The notes under the pieces are model-generated. The model had not been told where the DNA came from and did not search any database. It was given only the letters and a program-made list of their open reading frames with translations. Shown here piece after piece: positions 26,761 through 41,489 of a stretch of DNA of 64,000 nucleotides. The DNA is from Octopus vulgaris. Taxonomy: Eukaryota. The translations under genes and the position numbers were made by a program. The first letter of the stretch is position 1; the number at the start of each line of letters is the position of its first letter. The stretch lies in contig OX597819.1 in NCBI GenBank assembly GCA_951406725.2, forward strand, positions 434,001 to 498,000, written 5' to 3'.

Positions 26761-27970
26761 GACCATGTGTGTGTGTGTGTGTGTGCGTGCTTGTGCTTGT
26801 TGCTTGCCTCCACAATGTTGGCTTGTTTGACATTTCAATAACAAGAGCTCGCTTGAATAAGTACTGGACATAAAATAATTACAGTGGTCAATTTGTTCAA
26901 CTAAACCCTTCAACATGGTGCCCCTGCTATGAGTAAAACATGTAAAAATATAAAAGAAATGAATGAAAAGGCACAGGCATAGCCGTTTGGTAGGAAGCAA
27001 ACTTCTTACCAAATAGCCATAATCTGATAGGGAACAGCACTGGGCAGATATGATGTTTTTACACCTTTTGTTACCATAAGAGAGATTTTTTTCTCCACAG
27101 TAATTGTAGAGAATTTACCTTTAGAAGTGGAAATATGTCATGAACATATATTAACTAACCTAAAGTTTATCTATCTTTCTATCTAAATACCTACCTACTT
27201 AACTATCTAGCTACCTCTCTCTATATATTTTATTTTATATCAGTGATGGCCAGACAACTATTTACCTGTAAACTATTTCACTTATTTCCTGATGAGTTGA
27301 TGTTGATATCAGCTCAAAGCTTCCAGTGGGTTGGTTGATTTTACAAATTTATATCTTCGTAACACCTGACACAAGTTGTCAATATATATATTTTATAAAG
27401 TTAGCTTGACTAAGGAAACAAGAGTAATTTGTTCCCCAAAGCCACACTCTGTTGGTGTTCAAGACCATGATCAACTAATTACTGGTTTAATTTATACCTA
27501 AATGAAATTGACAATAATTGATTTATTAAAGAAGTAAATCTGCTGACCTCAGAACAACAATATCAAATACAATAATAACATATAAGCTACAATGGCTATC
27601 TTTAGCTAATACTACTGAGCTATATGAAAGAAAACCAACTGAGAGACAGTAGCAGCAAAAGCTTTATTACATATGTACAGATGGATGATTTGGGCTTTGT
27701 TTTGAAAATATGGGTGATCTAAGCTATCAGACATTTGACAAGATGTTAACATTGGCAGTGATATAAATATTAATGGTTTTAATGTTGAGTTATAACAAAA
27801 GCAACTTTGCATTAAACTGAAAGATTACTGAATACATTTGGTGGAGTACACGCTTATACTTTTACATGAAGAGTGATGACAGGAACTTCGGTGTTTTGTC
27901 CTGCTAGCTTTCCAATGAAGGCTACCAAGCCATAACTTCAAAGTTACAGTCACCATTCTTCATGTAAAAG

Positions 27971-28012
<42 letters not shown>

Positions 28013-28565
28013 TAAATGCAAAGGAAAAATTCAAATGCATATCAAGGTTGGAGAAAGAACAATATCTTAAAGTGGTAACTCAGATTCAGAAATTTTGTAA
28101 TATCAACAACTGTGAAATGTAGTTTTGTAGTGTAACATTTTCAAAACAAAATATTTCAGTTCCATTCGTTAATTTATCTAGTTACATTAAATATAATGAT
28201 CATAATGTCTTTGTATGTTTAAGAGCATTTAATAGGCTCACATTTAAACGCACCATGATGTTATCACTGAAAGTGCTTCATTGTTACATACCAATAATAG
28301 GAAGAACGGTATCATGATGAACAGAGAGAGAGAGAGAGAAAGAGAGAAATTAGTAATACATATCATCCTTATCACCATTATCAGTCTCATTAATCAAGAT
28401 TAAATGCATTTTTATAAATAGAAAAAACATATAATTGCTTTTCACGTGATATTGATAACAGTAATTTTATTGCCAGAGACAAGACTAGAGGGTTCTGTTT
28501 AAAAGAGTCCCAAAAAGATGAAATGGTAGAGACACACACACACACACTCAGTCTTCCTTTCCAGT

Positions 28566-28738
28566 CTATAAACAGCCATAGTGTGTTTGAATAATCTGTT
28601 GCGTTACTGCCAAGTCATCTGGGTATTTAGTCATGGTTTGTTCATTAGGAAAATAGTAATTATCACAGAACTTTTGGAAATAACGCCCTGTTTCATTGTG
28701 CTGAATCATTTCTCCATGGTCAGGCATACAAAGGTTCT
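28566..28738 (-). CDS. FBXO21: FBXO21 terminal coding exon (end of YccV-like domain)
   Basis: Polypyrimidine/AG acceptor; (E)NLCMPDHGEMIQHNETGRYFQKFCDNYYFPNEQTMTKYPDDL...GCL*, matching the FBXO21 C-terminal pattern ENL...H..VGRYF..F....Y.PN..L...YPED; phase fits the upstream exon. Confidence 0.9.
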
Positions 28739-30892
28739 CTGTGTAATAAGAAAGATATCAATATCAGGTTTTAACAGCTTTCACAAATAAATAAATAAAA
28801 GAGGAATTAATAATAAAATACTAATTTTTTGGAAATGTGTATTTTTTAAAAACCTTTTAGCATTCAGATTCCTCTGTCAAATGTGATGCAAATGTAATTC
28901 ATTGTTTTGAATTACTCATGCATTATTTTGTAGCTTCAAAATTTTGATGATGTAATTGTATATTTTAGGAATAACATTGTAGGGTAGGTGTGAGAAGCTG
29001 GAGCTGGATAGTTTGAACATATAGCACGTAGAATTTTAGGGCCAGATATGGCTGACTTAAATGCTAAAATGAATGTGATTAATTTTATAACAATTCAAGT
29101 CAACTTTTTAAAAATTAAAGATAGATTTATTTTTTTTTACAAAACAGAAAAAAGATATTTTCAGTGGAAAGGAAACGAGAAGTTGTATTGTTCATATTTA
29201 AAAAAATATATAAGAGAAACGGTTTGAATTGGAAATTGGTACTGGTTGTAGATCCAGTTCATTAAGGACTTCATGTTTTCTCTAGACTTGCCATAGAAAC
29301 CGATATTAAATAGTCAATCTAATCAAATTTCATTGTTAAGAAAATTACTATTTACAAACACTTGATTAGATTTACTTAGTATTTACATACAACAGATGAT
29401 GTTTACTTACAATTAGTATTTACAGACAATACCTTAGCTTTACCAGTCATTGCTATTTGCATAATGTACTTTCACCTATAATTACTATTTATATATATAC
29501 ATACCACGTGATCACGTGACCGACCAGACCATCAGATATTGTTACACATCGCTGGTCACAATGCGTTCGCATTGTTTTAGCCTTTGAATGATGCCACCCC
29601 ACTGGCTAAGCGAGCAGGCCATACTATTTATATACATTATCATAATTACTGTGTACATACATTATCATACTTATTAGACTAATTTAGTCTTACCTGTAAT
29701 TAGTATTTACACACACTACCTTTATTTCATATTTAAAATTTTTGTCATCTTGGTCAGCATTATTATTGAAGGTGGCCAGCTGGCAGAACCATTAGCACAC
29801 TGGACAAAATGCTTAGTGACATTTTGTCTGTCTTTATGTTCTGAGTTCAAATTCTGCTGAGATCAACTTTGCCTTTCATCTTTTCAGGGTCAATAAAATA
29901 AATACAATTACTGCAATTGATGAAATCAACTTCCACCCCTTCAAAATCTGCTGTCCTTGAACCAAAATTTGAAACCATCATCATCATCATTATTATTTTT
30001 ATTATTATTAAAGTGGTGAGTTGGCAGAATCGTTACCATGCCAGGCAAAATGCTTAGCAGGCATTTCATTGATCATTACGTTCTGAGTTCAAATTCTCCC
30101 GAGGTCAACTTTGCCTTTCATTCTTTTGGAGTTGATAAATTAAGTACCAGTGGAACACTGGGGGGCGATGTAATTGACCTCGTCCCCTTCCCCGAAATTT
30201 TAGGCCTTGTGCCTATCGTAAAAAGGATTATTATTATTAATCCTTTCATTCACTCTGCATTTCATTGTTGTTCTACAAGTACTGGGTTGTTAGACATCAA
30301 GTTGCATCCCACAACCCTAAGTGTCCAGTAACCATCTTATGATTCTTGCTATACTAAGCAAACGGGCTTTCTACTATTTCTACCTGTTGCCTCTATCATG
30401 CTAACGACATCTTAATGATGATTCCAGATTCTCTGACTTTCATGTTTTACATCCTGGTACTTTTGTCTGATTTCAAATTTCTTAGTCTACACATTAGTAA
30501 GAAACTAGCAAGTAACGTCAATCAAGCTGAGCTGGCAGAATTGTTAGAGCATTAGAAAAAATGTTTTGTGAAATTGGTTCCAGTTCTTTGATGTTCTGGT
30601 CTCAAACCTAGCCAAAGTCAACATTACTTTTCATCTTTTCAAGTTTGATAAAATAAAGTACCAGTCAAATACTGAAGCTGATCGGACTCACTAACCCCAT
30701 GAAAATTGTTACCCTTCAACCTAAATCAGAAACCATTATTATTTTTATTAGTATTATTGAGTGTGAGAGAGCAATGCATACCTTCAAAGTGACACTGGGG
30801 TATAAATATATGAAGCCCAATATACCCATCATGACTACCTGTCAGATAAGGGTACGCCAGGAACATGCATCACAACTATATGTACGTGACCT

Positions 30893-32005
30893 CATCATCA
30901 TCATCATCATCGTTTAACGTCCATTTTCCGCGCTAGCACGGGTTGGACGGTTCGACCGGGGTCTGGGAAGCCAGGGGCAGCACCAGGCTCCAGTCTGATC
31001 TGGCAGTGTTTCTACGGCTGGATGCCCTTCCTAACGCCAACCACTCCACGAGTGTAGTGGGTGCTTTTTACGTGCCACCTGCACAGGTGCCAGGGCGTCT
31101 GGCATCAGTCACGATCGGTTGGTGCTTTTAACGTGCCACCGGCACAGAAGTCAGCCAAGGCAGCGCTGGCATCGGCCACGTTCGGATGGTGCTTTTTATG
31201 TGCCACCGGCACAGAAGCCAGTCGAGGCGGCGCTGGCATCGGCCACGTTCGGATGGTGCTTTTTATGTGCCACCGACACAGAAGCCAGCCAAGGCAGCGC
31301 TGGAATCGGCCACGTTCGGATGGTGCTTTTTATGTGCCACCGGCACAGAAGCCAGCCAAGGCGGTGCTGGCATCGGCCACGTTCGGATGGTGCTTTTTAT
31401 GTGCCACCGGCACAGAAGCCAGTCGAGGCAGCTCTAAACTTTGCTCAGGCTATTCGTATTCTAGTGGAGACACTCTCTGAGCATCCACCTCCACTACTAA
31501 CTTGGTCACCCAAGTAGCGGAAACTATCAACTACTTCTAGTTTTTTCCCCTGGAGTGTGATGGAATCTGTTTTCTGAGTATTTGTGGTGTCTATTGTCCC
31601 TGTGCATCTGCCGCACATGAAAGCTATCTTATCAGTTAATTTCCCTTTAATGTTGCTGCACCTCTTATGCGTCCATAGCTTACACTGGGTGCATCTTATG
31701 GAGTTTCTACCTACACCTTTCCTACAGATCAAGCAGGGCCACCTGCCCGATGGGGTGTGTGCTGAGTTCGCCTTTCTGCTTACTATAACTTTGGTCTTTG
31801 CTACATTTACTCTAAGGCCCTTTGATTCTAACCCTTGTTTCCACACCTGAAATATCTTTTCTAGTTCCGGTAGTGATTCTGCTATGAGATCCAGATCATC
31901 AGCATAGAGGAGCTCCCAGGGGCAACCTGTTTTGAATTCCTCTGTTATTGCGTGGAGGACTATGATGAATAAAAGGGGACTGAGGGCTGAGCCTTGGTGT
32001 ACAGT
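30893..32005 (-). mobile_element. Truncated, internally deleted RTE-clade LINE with a PHD-like finger and 3' UTR
   Basis: VHQGSALSPLLF...LLYADDL RT motifs, a Cys/His finger, VDSFRYLG; joined to a 3' UTR with about 4.5 67-bp tandem repeats (31135-31430) and a (GAT)n tail. Confidence 0.88.
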
Positions 32006-33553
32006 GCATAACCTTGCAGCTAGGATTTTTTTTGAGCAGTCCATCCTACTCAAAAGATCCCTAAATAAAGTTTAAGGATGATGAATGAAACACCCATGTT
32101 TCTAGAGTTGAATTGTTCAAAACCCAAAGAATTCTTCTCGATCCATATTATCCTTATTATCATTTGTGGTGAGCTGGCAGAATTGTTAGTGTGCCAGGCA
32201 AAAGGCTCAATGGCCTTTTGTCTGTTTTCACATTCTGAGTTCAAATGCCACAGAAGATCAAGTTTGCTTTTCATCCTTTCAGGGTCGAAAAAAAAAAAGT
32301 ACCAGTTGAGTACTGGGGCCAATGTAATCAACTAGTCCCGTCCCACAAAATTTCAGGCCTTGTACCTATAGTAAAAAGGATTATTATTATTATTTCTTAC
32401 ACTGGCATAAGGCCACACGCTGAGGGTGGCAAATGTGGAGTCAATTATACAGACACCAGCACTTGGCTCATTTTAGTTTATATTCTTTATGTTATGAGTT
32501 CAACTCCTACTATGGTCAACTTTGTCTTTCATAGTTTCAGGACCAATAACATAATTAGCAGCCAGGTACTGGCATTTATTGACTGAGCACTTCATTTCTA
32601 TGTAAGAGAATGACAACGATACAGTGTGGGATTACATTTAAAAAATGTGTAAAGAGGAATAACAAAAATTAAAAACAAAGAAAAGTTCAGCAAGGAGACT
32701 ACCAAGGGCTACTTGTGAAAACCCTACAAAAACCACTGTCACTAAGGCAAAGGGACCTCTGCCAGCTGTTCCTCTCCAGAACAAAACAGGACTGACCAGC
32801 TCCATAGAATCTGGTCAGTTTTGCAACAAAACAAAACAAAATTTTTCAAATATTCTGCTGCTGCTAATAGTGATAATAAGGGTTTCAAGTTTTGGCAGAA
32901 GGCCAGTAATTCTAGGGAGTGGGTAAGTTGATTACATCAACCCCAGTGTTCAACTGGTACTTATTTCATTGACTCCGAAAGGAAACATCAACCTCAGTGG
33001 AATTAGAACCTAGAACATAAAGGGAGATGAAATGGTGCAAAGCATTTAACCTAGCATGGTAATGATTCTGCCAGCTTGCCTTAAGTTGTTGCTGCTGCTG
33101 GTGTTTGGTAAGATGACAAATTCCAAATATAGAGCTATTGGTATTTTGGTTGGTAATAACAAAGCTCGTTTTGTTAGTAAGCACATTCTGTTTCACAAGT
33201 TGATAAAAGTTAGATTTGTAGGGCATACGGAAAGAACAACTGTACTAAGTAACAAAATTTGAATCAATAAGAGAGTCTCAGAATGGCTTGTTGGAAATGG
33301 CAGCCAATTTCCCTCAAAACATTACTTTAAAGAAAAGGAAGGACACATTGTAGAGTGTAGTCTTGGATACTTTCCAAAACATGAAACAGTCTGGGATGGT
33401 CTCTGATCACAAATCTTCTCAAGCACAGCTGAGTTGAAGGTAACTAACATCAATTTCAGTACTATTGTGCAGCTACTAAGTAGAAAAAATTTAGTGAAAC
33501 TGGAAATGAGCAAGATTATTATGAAAAACATTATTAATGAGTGTTACATTCAC

Positions 33554-33711
33554 CTTGAGCTGCATATCTGTTGCTTCCATCATTGACCAGAACATCATAG
33601 AAAGGTTGGTTCCTTTGATTTTGAAGTCGGTCAACATCCATTCCAAGAATCCATTCTTGAGATGCCATACATTTTTTATCCCAACCAGTTATTACACACA
33701 TGTAGTCATAT
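33554..33711 (-). CDS. FBXO21: FBXO21 exon, YccV/HspQ-like (hemimethylated-DNA-binding-like) domain
   Basis: YDYMCVITGWDKKC...WI..MDVDRL....NQPFYDVLVNDGSNRYAAQ; AG/GT boundaries, phase 2 to phase 1. Confidence 0.93.
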
Positions 33712-33788
33712 CTGGAAATAGGGAGTAAAAAGTATTGTAGATGGGGTATTATCAATTTACTGTGGGGGGAAAAAGAGAAGTGACTGAG

Positions 33789-33901
<113 letters not shown>

Positions 33902-33929
33902 AAGGGGTAAAAGTAGGTTAAATATTAAC

Positions 33930-34006
33930 CTCTTATGTTTCATGATTAATCCAACTGAAAATTCCACCTCTTGGTTGTCTGCTCTTCGTCTTGGGATAAG
34001 GGCTTC
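33930..34006 (-). CDS. FBXO21: FBXO21 exon (start of YccV-like domain)
   Basis: EALIPRRRADNQEVEFSVGLIMKHK(R); SVGLIMKHKR matches FBXO21; AG/GT boundaries. Confidence 0.92.
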
Positions 34007-35739
34007 CTGTAAATAATTAAATGAATACTTAAGTTTTGTATACACACACATGCACGCACACACATAAATGTGAAACTTTTTATGCTGTTGTTTGTTTGGA
34101 AATGCACGTGTTATATGTTGTAGACTGTGTTCTATCGTAAGTACATGTATGTGATGTTTTTTTTTATGTCTTGTAATTTCTGGAAAGCATTTAAATACAC
34201 ATTTTTGGTACTGTGGACATTTTTGAATTGAATGGTACATCTAGGTATCGGAACCATAATGATTTCCAGCAGAGCAACGTTCAGTATGTCAACCATTAGT
34301 TTAAAGTCATGCTACTGGTTCATTTGAGTTATATCCCTTAGCTCATTTTAACGCTTTTCAATTTGTCAGTAAGAAAAGATTAGAGTTGAGCCGTCCTTCA
34401 CATGATTTACTTTGCTAATGTTAAATGTAGCAACAATGCTTTGACAGAAGTTTATTAGGATGAGAGAAGACTGCCATATGACTTAAGGGAACTGTAATGA
34501 TGGTAACTGTTGAGGAGAGAGAGAGACTGAATCTGATGGAGAAGGTGATGAGCAATGACTTCAGTTAGCAAAGTTGCTGGTTAATCAGTGAAGGTGATTA
34601 AGACAATTGTTTTAGGTTGATGCTATTTCCTTCTTATTCATGTTGGAAGTGAATGAAATTGGAGATGTAGTTGAGAAGGGAAGTGACTCTTCATGGGCAT
34701 AGGACATACTGCTGTTTCCATAGAGATAGATTTCTGTAGAAAGACTGGAAAGTTTGGTGAGGATAGGAGTTTATAAAAGGTGAATTAATCAAACCAGATA
34801 GATCATCAGAGACTATTTAGCCAAGCACTTATATTTTGAATTCATACAAACTGAAAGACATTGTTAGACAAATGTAATATGTACAAACATTTTATCCATA
34901 GCATAAAACATGTCTTTGAATCACACAATTCATCAACACTTTCTTATTGTACTTTTTGGTTCCTTGTTACGTGGATTTAGTTTGCTGAATGTTTTTGTCA
35001 ATTTTATAAGTATTCCTCCTGAAGTAAAGCTGTACTCATAGCTTTCATGTATGCACACATCCATTTTTCATTTTTTGCTAGCCCATTCCCCATGAGCTTT
35101 ATAGGTACAGGTATGGCTGTGTGGTAAGAAGTTTGCTTCCCAACCATAAGATTCTGGGTTCAGTCCCATTGCATGGCACCTTGAGCAAGTGTCTTCTAGG
35201 TAGTGTCCCAGCATGGCCACAGTCAAAAGAAAAAAGATCACAGATTCCATTAAGTCCACAGCTAATAAATGGTGACAGCTACCAAATATTCCACTAAAAT
35301 CTTCAGTATTTTCTTTAATTATCTTCAGTATTTCCTTTAATTACTCAAACAAATTATATCCAAACCCAACTCTTCTCACTACATCTAGTCACATTCAACT
35401 ATACCAAAAACATTGAATTCTGCATATTAATGAAACAAATTCACAACATTATATCATGATTATGTGAGCAACAAACACTTCAAAATATTACACTGCATAT
35501 AAATGATTGGCCAAACAAACACAGACAAATTCTCATGTAAATTCCACATTCACTCACAGCTAAGATTACAAATGTTAAGGTTGAACCAGGACCAAAACTA
35601 CTTCAGTTTTAACTCTTTGTAAACTTCAAGATAGTTGTTCTGGTCATCTAACTGCACAAGTCCTAAAAAGGCCATGAAAGTAATCTCTCCTTATATTTAC
35701 AAATATAATGAGAGCAATAGATGTATTAGAAACACATTG

Positions 35740-36157
35740 GGATCTTTTCGGTTTGAACGGCAGTTTTTAAAAATAATTTCCATGTAACTAAACACTTTTA
35801 AATTTCGTATACTGGTAGAATGTGTTTATAAAACATCTTTTTCTCTTGGCTTTATTGAGAAAATTCTATATTTTGTAAGATACTTGTTGTTTTTTTTTCT
35901 TCAATTTCTGCAATTTCAACCAATCACAGACGTGTATTGAGGTAAAAAACATTCTGTGCTGTATGAATATGTCCCTTGTTTAAGAAACAGATTGGGTTTA
36001 TTTACAGTTGTGAAGAAAAAAAGATACCTTCCTCCCACCCCTAACCCTAACCCTAAAACAGATTGAAATGCAATAGATCGATACTAGGGTCATAATTATG
36101 GGTGACAATTTCATATGACACCGCTAGAAAAAACTGTCGTTCAAACCGAAAAGATCC
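35740..36157. mobile_element. 418-bp MITE with GG-initiated TIRs and 8-bp TSD
   Basis: TIRs ggatcttttcggtttgaacg / cgttcaaaccgaaaagatcc; TSD acacattg at 35732-35739 and 36158-36165; 8-bp TSD with GG ends is compatible with Merlin or hAT superfamilies. Confidence 0.88.
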
Positions 36158-36443
36158 ACACATTGTTACAACATGTAGGCTACAGCAATATAACTAAAGA
36201 AGAATATTATATGTCTCTACAAATATGATGAAGGTGAAGCAAAAAGGAACACAGTCTAAAATGAGAAGAGAGACTGTGTAGGTTAAACAAGAGTTTATCT
36301 TAGAAAAAGAAACCAACACCTACTTCTAAGTAAATAAAATGTTTAACTTTTATGTTATTGTCAACTAATGTTTATATTTCCCTATAATTTATGATAAAAA
36401 CAATAATACATCTCTGAGCGAATTATAAACAGTAGCTACAACA

Positions 36444-36748
36444 CATCGTGACGCACATTTGCCATTTAAATATGGTTAATCCCTAAGGGTGGATGCTACT
36501 GTAGTTTGTAGCCCCAGGAGGACAATCACAGTTGTCACATGACGATGACGGGTCAATATTCAGAAACTCGAGTCCGTGTGTATCATATGTTGAAGACAAG
36601 AAGGATGGCCTCCCTTTGCAAACACTGATAGGGCATAGAAAGTGTATCTATAGCCAGCTGGAGGAGGTGTCCTCCTGGGGCTACAAACTACAGTAGCATC
36701 CACCCTTAGGGATTAACCATATTTAAATGGCAAATGTATGTCACTATG
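36444..36748. repeat. About 80-bp near-perfect inverted repeat (possible Penelope-like remnant)
   Basis: 36444-36524 is the reverse complement of 36668-36748; the loop holds a hammerhead-like motif. Confidence 0.8.
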
Positions 36749-36773
36749 ATAAAAACGAAAATGAGAAACGAAC

Positions 36774-36890
36774 CGGTTTAGATTCGCCATCTTTTGCAAG
36801 TTCTTCTTCAATACGGTGAATAAGTCTCTTGCCAAGACACTGGAATCTTTGGACTTCAGAGCACAAAAGTCTTTGGGCACTAATCAACAC
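36774..36890 (-). CDS. FBXO21: FBXO21 exon
   Basis: VLISAQRLLCSEVQRFQCLGKRLIHRIEEELAKDGESKP; 117 nt, phase 0/0, AAG acceptor and GTTCGT donor. Confidence 0.75.
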
Positions 36891-37606
36891 CTTCAAATAG
36901 AGAAATCAGGCAAGAAGTGAAAATAGAATTTCTTAGAAAAAAAATACATACATGAATAATTTTATAAATAAATAAATATTTCATATTAAAAAGAGGGGAA
37001 AAAATAATCATTGTTATACAGGTTTCTTTTTATATAAATATTATTGTGTGATTTTTCACAACAACTTTTAATATAGCAAATGATGCTATCAATTAAAATA
37101 TATTAGCATAATCTCATTTTTTTACATTCATTAAAAAGTTCTATACCTTCTCTGAGAAGGATCAAATAAGAAAATATATTAAATCTTCTCTCACCCACCC
37201 CTCTCTCCCACACCACAATGATACAGAACATAAATATTTGACTGTAACGATGCAAAAATGTAACAACTATTAACATCGGACAATAAACTGTGATCTTATA
37301 CTAAATAACAAATAAAATCACCATTATAGGAGCTAAAACAAGGAATGAAAATAATCTGGTCGTTTTATGAAATAAAAACTCAACATCCAAATACAGAATT
37401 TGTTTTAAATGTTCTCACAGTAGCTGTAATTACATCACATTTTCTTGATAAGCAAATAATGAGTTAGAGAACAATATTTTTGAATATAAAGTAAAAGAAA
37501 AAATAAACTTAACCAAAATTTAATACATTTGTTAGTTTTCTATTGCTTTTGTGTTAAAAACTTAGAAATAATCTGCAGTAAAACTCAAATAACAAATTGT
37601 ACCAAC

Positions 37607-37774
37607 CTGTTCTAAATTAACATTAGCACTAACGTTATATTCTACCCAGACAGCCAGCATATCCAGATCTTCAGGGTCTAATAAAATAGCCAGCTTCATG
37701 TAATTACGTACCATCAACTGACCCTCTGCAATACGACCCACCCTCAACAGCTTTGTTGCAATGTTGTGAAACCA
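37607..37774 (-). CDS. FBXO21: FBXO21 exon
   Basis: WFHNIATKLLRVGRIAEGQLMVRNYMKLAILLDPEDLDMLAVWVEYNVSANVNLEQ; 168 nt, phase 0/0, canonical splice sites. Confidence 0.85.
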
Positions 37775-38049
37775 CTATAAGAAAATAAAATATTTTAAAA
37801 AGTAAAAACAAAAAAACAAAGTATCAATTGAGACAAAATTGTTTGAACTTCTAGCAGGAAACCATGAAGTTTGACTAAAAGGAAAAAAGAAAGAATTTCA
37901 TAAAGAGAAGGTAGGAGAGTAGATGGATGCTTAATAGAAACAATTTCTCTAAGCTCATTTGTCTATGTCATTCAGGCACATTAACATTTCACACCAAACA
38001 GAGCATGTTGTTTCGTTCTTTTACTAGCTTTCACAAATTCTCACACATA

Positions 38050-38330
38050 TCATCATCATCATCATCATTAACGACCGTTTTCCATGCTAACACGGGTAGG
38101 ATGGTTCAACCGGAGTCTGGGAAGCCAGGAGGCTGCACCAGGCTCCAGTCTGATCTGGCAGTGTTTCTACAGCTGGATGCCCTTCCTAATGCCAACCACT
38201 TCGTGAGTATAGTGGGTGCTTTTTACGTGCCACTAGCACAGGTGCCAGGGGAGGCTGGCAGTGGCCACGATCGGCAGGTGCTTTTTACGTGCCACCGGCA
38301 CAGGTGTCACAACTACAATTTCCATTTGAT
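38050..38330 (-). mobile_element. RTE-tail-related repeat
   Basis: (cat)n, ctggatgcccttcctaatgccaaccac, gtgcttttttacgtgccac. Confidence 0.75.
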
Positions 38331-38722
38331 ATTTATTTCTATAGATACAACACATTCCCATGTTTCATAAGAGGTGACAGGCAGAGCAGCCTGCCACAAA
38401 ACAATGATGATTGATGATGACTAAACAATATTTATAATATGGGAGATATTTTTCTGTGCAACAACAACAGAACAGTGTTAACATTTTTTCTATGTAAGTG
38501 AAATTTATGCTGCAAATCTTTTCGGTTGGACAAAAAAATTCATTTCTCTCATGTTCAGTTGTAATCAACAGTCAGGAAAGAGATGGACTACCAATACATG
38601 AAGATGGAACATTTGGTGGTTAACCAATAATACACTATAGTTTGTGAGATTTAATCAATCTGCATTTGCATATTTTTGGAGACTTAATTATATTGGAATA
38701 ATTTAAGCTGGAAAATACTTAC

Positions 38723-38840
38723 TCTTCTGGGAGGAATGACAACCTCTTCGTTGTGTAAATGATAGCATTGTGTTTCACTAAGGAACCGTCCACTTTCATT
38801 TGTGTTTAAATAGGTATACTGTTTGTAACTGGCTTGTTCA
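38723..38840 (-). CDS. FBXO21: FBXO21 exon
   Basis: EQASYKQYTYLNTNESGRFLSETQCYHLHNEEVVIPPRR; tttcAG acceptor and GTAAGT donor; starts in phase 2. Confidence 0.8.
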
Positions 38841-38981
38841 CTGAAAGATAAATTGGGATGCAATGCAAATAATTGAAGCAAAAGGTAAATATAATTGTAA
38901 ATTATAAATAATTATCACTTAGTCAGTAAGGAAACAACAAGGTTGTGAAAATGGCAGTTGTGCTCATTGCATTCTTTCATT

Positions 38982-40362
<1,381 letters not shown>

Positions 40363-40682
40363 ATATAGTTTTAATCAAGTTGTCCCTTGTCATCCTCATT
40401 TCATTTCAATTTACAAAAATATTGATTTCTAACATAGGAACCTGTTTGAATTGAAGGAGAATGGTAAAGTCCATTGCATTGACCCCAGTACCTGAATGGT
40501 ATTGATTTTTATCAACTCTAAAATGAAGAAAGGCAAAGTTGATTCAAATGGGATTTGAGTATAAGGAGATATGACTAAATAGATACAACACATTTTGTTC
40601 ATCGTTCTCCTGATTGCCAAACCATTACCTTTCATTTTGAAAAAAATAAAAAATAAAAAATAAAAAAAATTCAAAAACATAC

Positions 40683-40813
40683 CTTGTTGATATTCAGAAG
40701 ATCCATTGAAGAATATTCTTCAGCATGGAATCTGTGTTTCTTGTACAAAATATTGTTCATAGCAATAAGTATATCACGAGTATCTGTAGGATTCCACAGA
40801 TTGGTGTCAATAG
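40683..40813 (-). CDS. FBXO21: FBXO21 exon (transglutaminase-like core region)
   Basis: IDTNLWNPTDTRDILIAMNNILYKKHRFHAEEYSSMDLLNINK, matching the L.AIN.VLY....F motif; phase 1 to phase 0; GTATG donor. Confidence 0.85.
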
Positions 40814-41489
40814 CTGCCATATAGAAAGCATACAAATTGACATTAATCCTTCCGTATGTGTTAGAGCTTTTAGTTACACAACAGGTGTGAGATTAAAATA
40901 TTGTATTACTGAACATAAAATGCTGCTTTCGGTCTCCAGGCTAAACATTCTTTCCTGTTTCTTTCAGTCTATTTAGCTGGTAACAAATATTGCTCCTACT
41001 TGAGAAGTTAGCATAAGAAAAGGAATCTGGTTGCAAAAAATGATCCTCAACAATAAACAGATGTCCAAATTTATAAAACCATCCCAATCTTTGATAAATG
41101 GATGTACACACACACACACAACCACTCATAATTTGTCTTGTCTCTATGGAGTATGTTGAGGTCAATCAACCTGGTGAAAATATTCTTATTTCAGCTACTG
41201 ACCAGAGAAAGAAAAAAAATTAGAGGTAAAATGAATAATGAAGCAAAATGGCTTAATCAGGAATTGAAATGACATTGCACACTTAGTAAAAGGCCGTCTA
41301 CTTGAGAGAATTGTTAAAAGCACTGGACAAAACCATAAGTTGCAGTTCTTCTGGCTTTTTATGTTCTGAATTCAAATTTTGCTGAGGTTGACACTAGTTT
41401 TCATTTCATTGAGGTCAAAATCAGATAGAGAGTGCAAGAGAGATAACTGTGCTGGTTTGATCATGTGATGGGTATTGATGAGGATAGCT

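Noticed and set aside
27288-27325. Second hammerhead (CTGATGA plus stem)
   Set aside because: Lacks the GAAA core and a clear stem I/III; too degenerate to support
31061-31517. Repetitive plus-strand ORFs
   Set aside because: They derive from 67-bp tandem repeats in the LINE 3' UTR, read antisense
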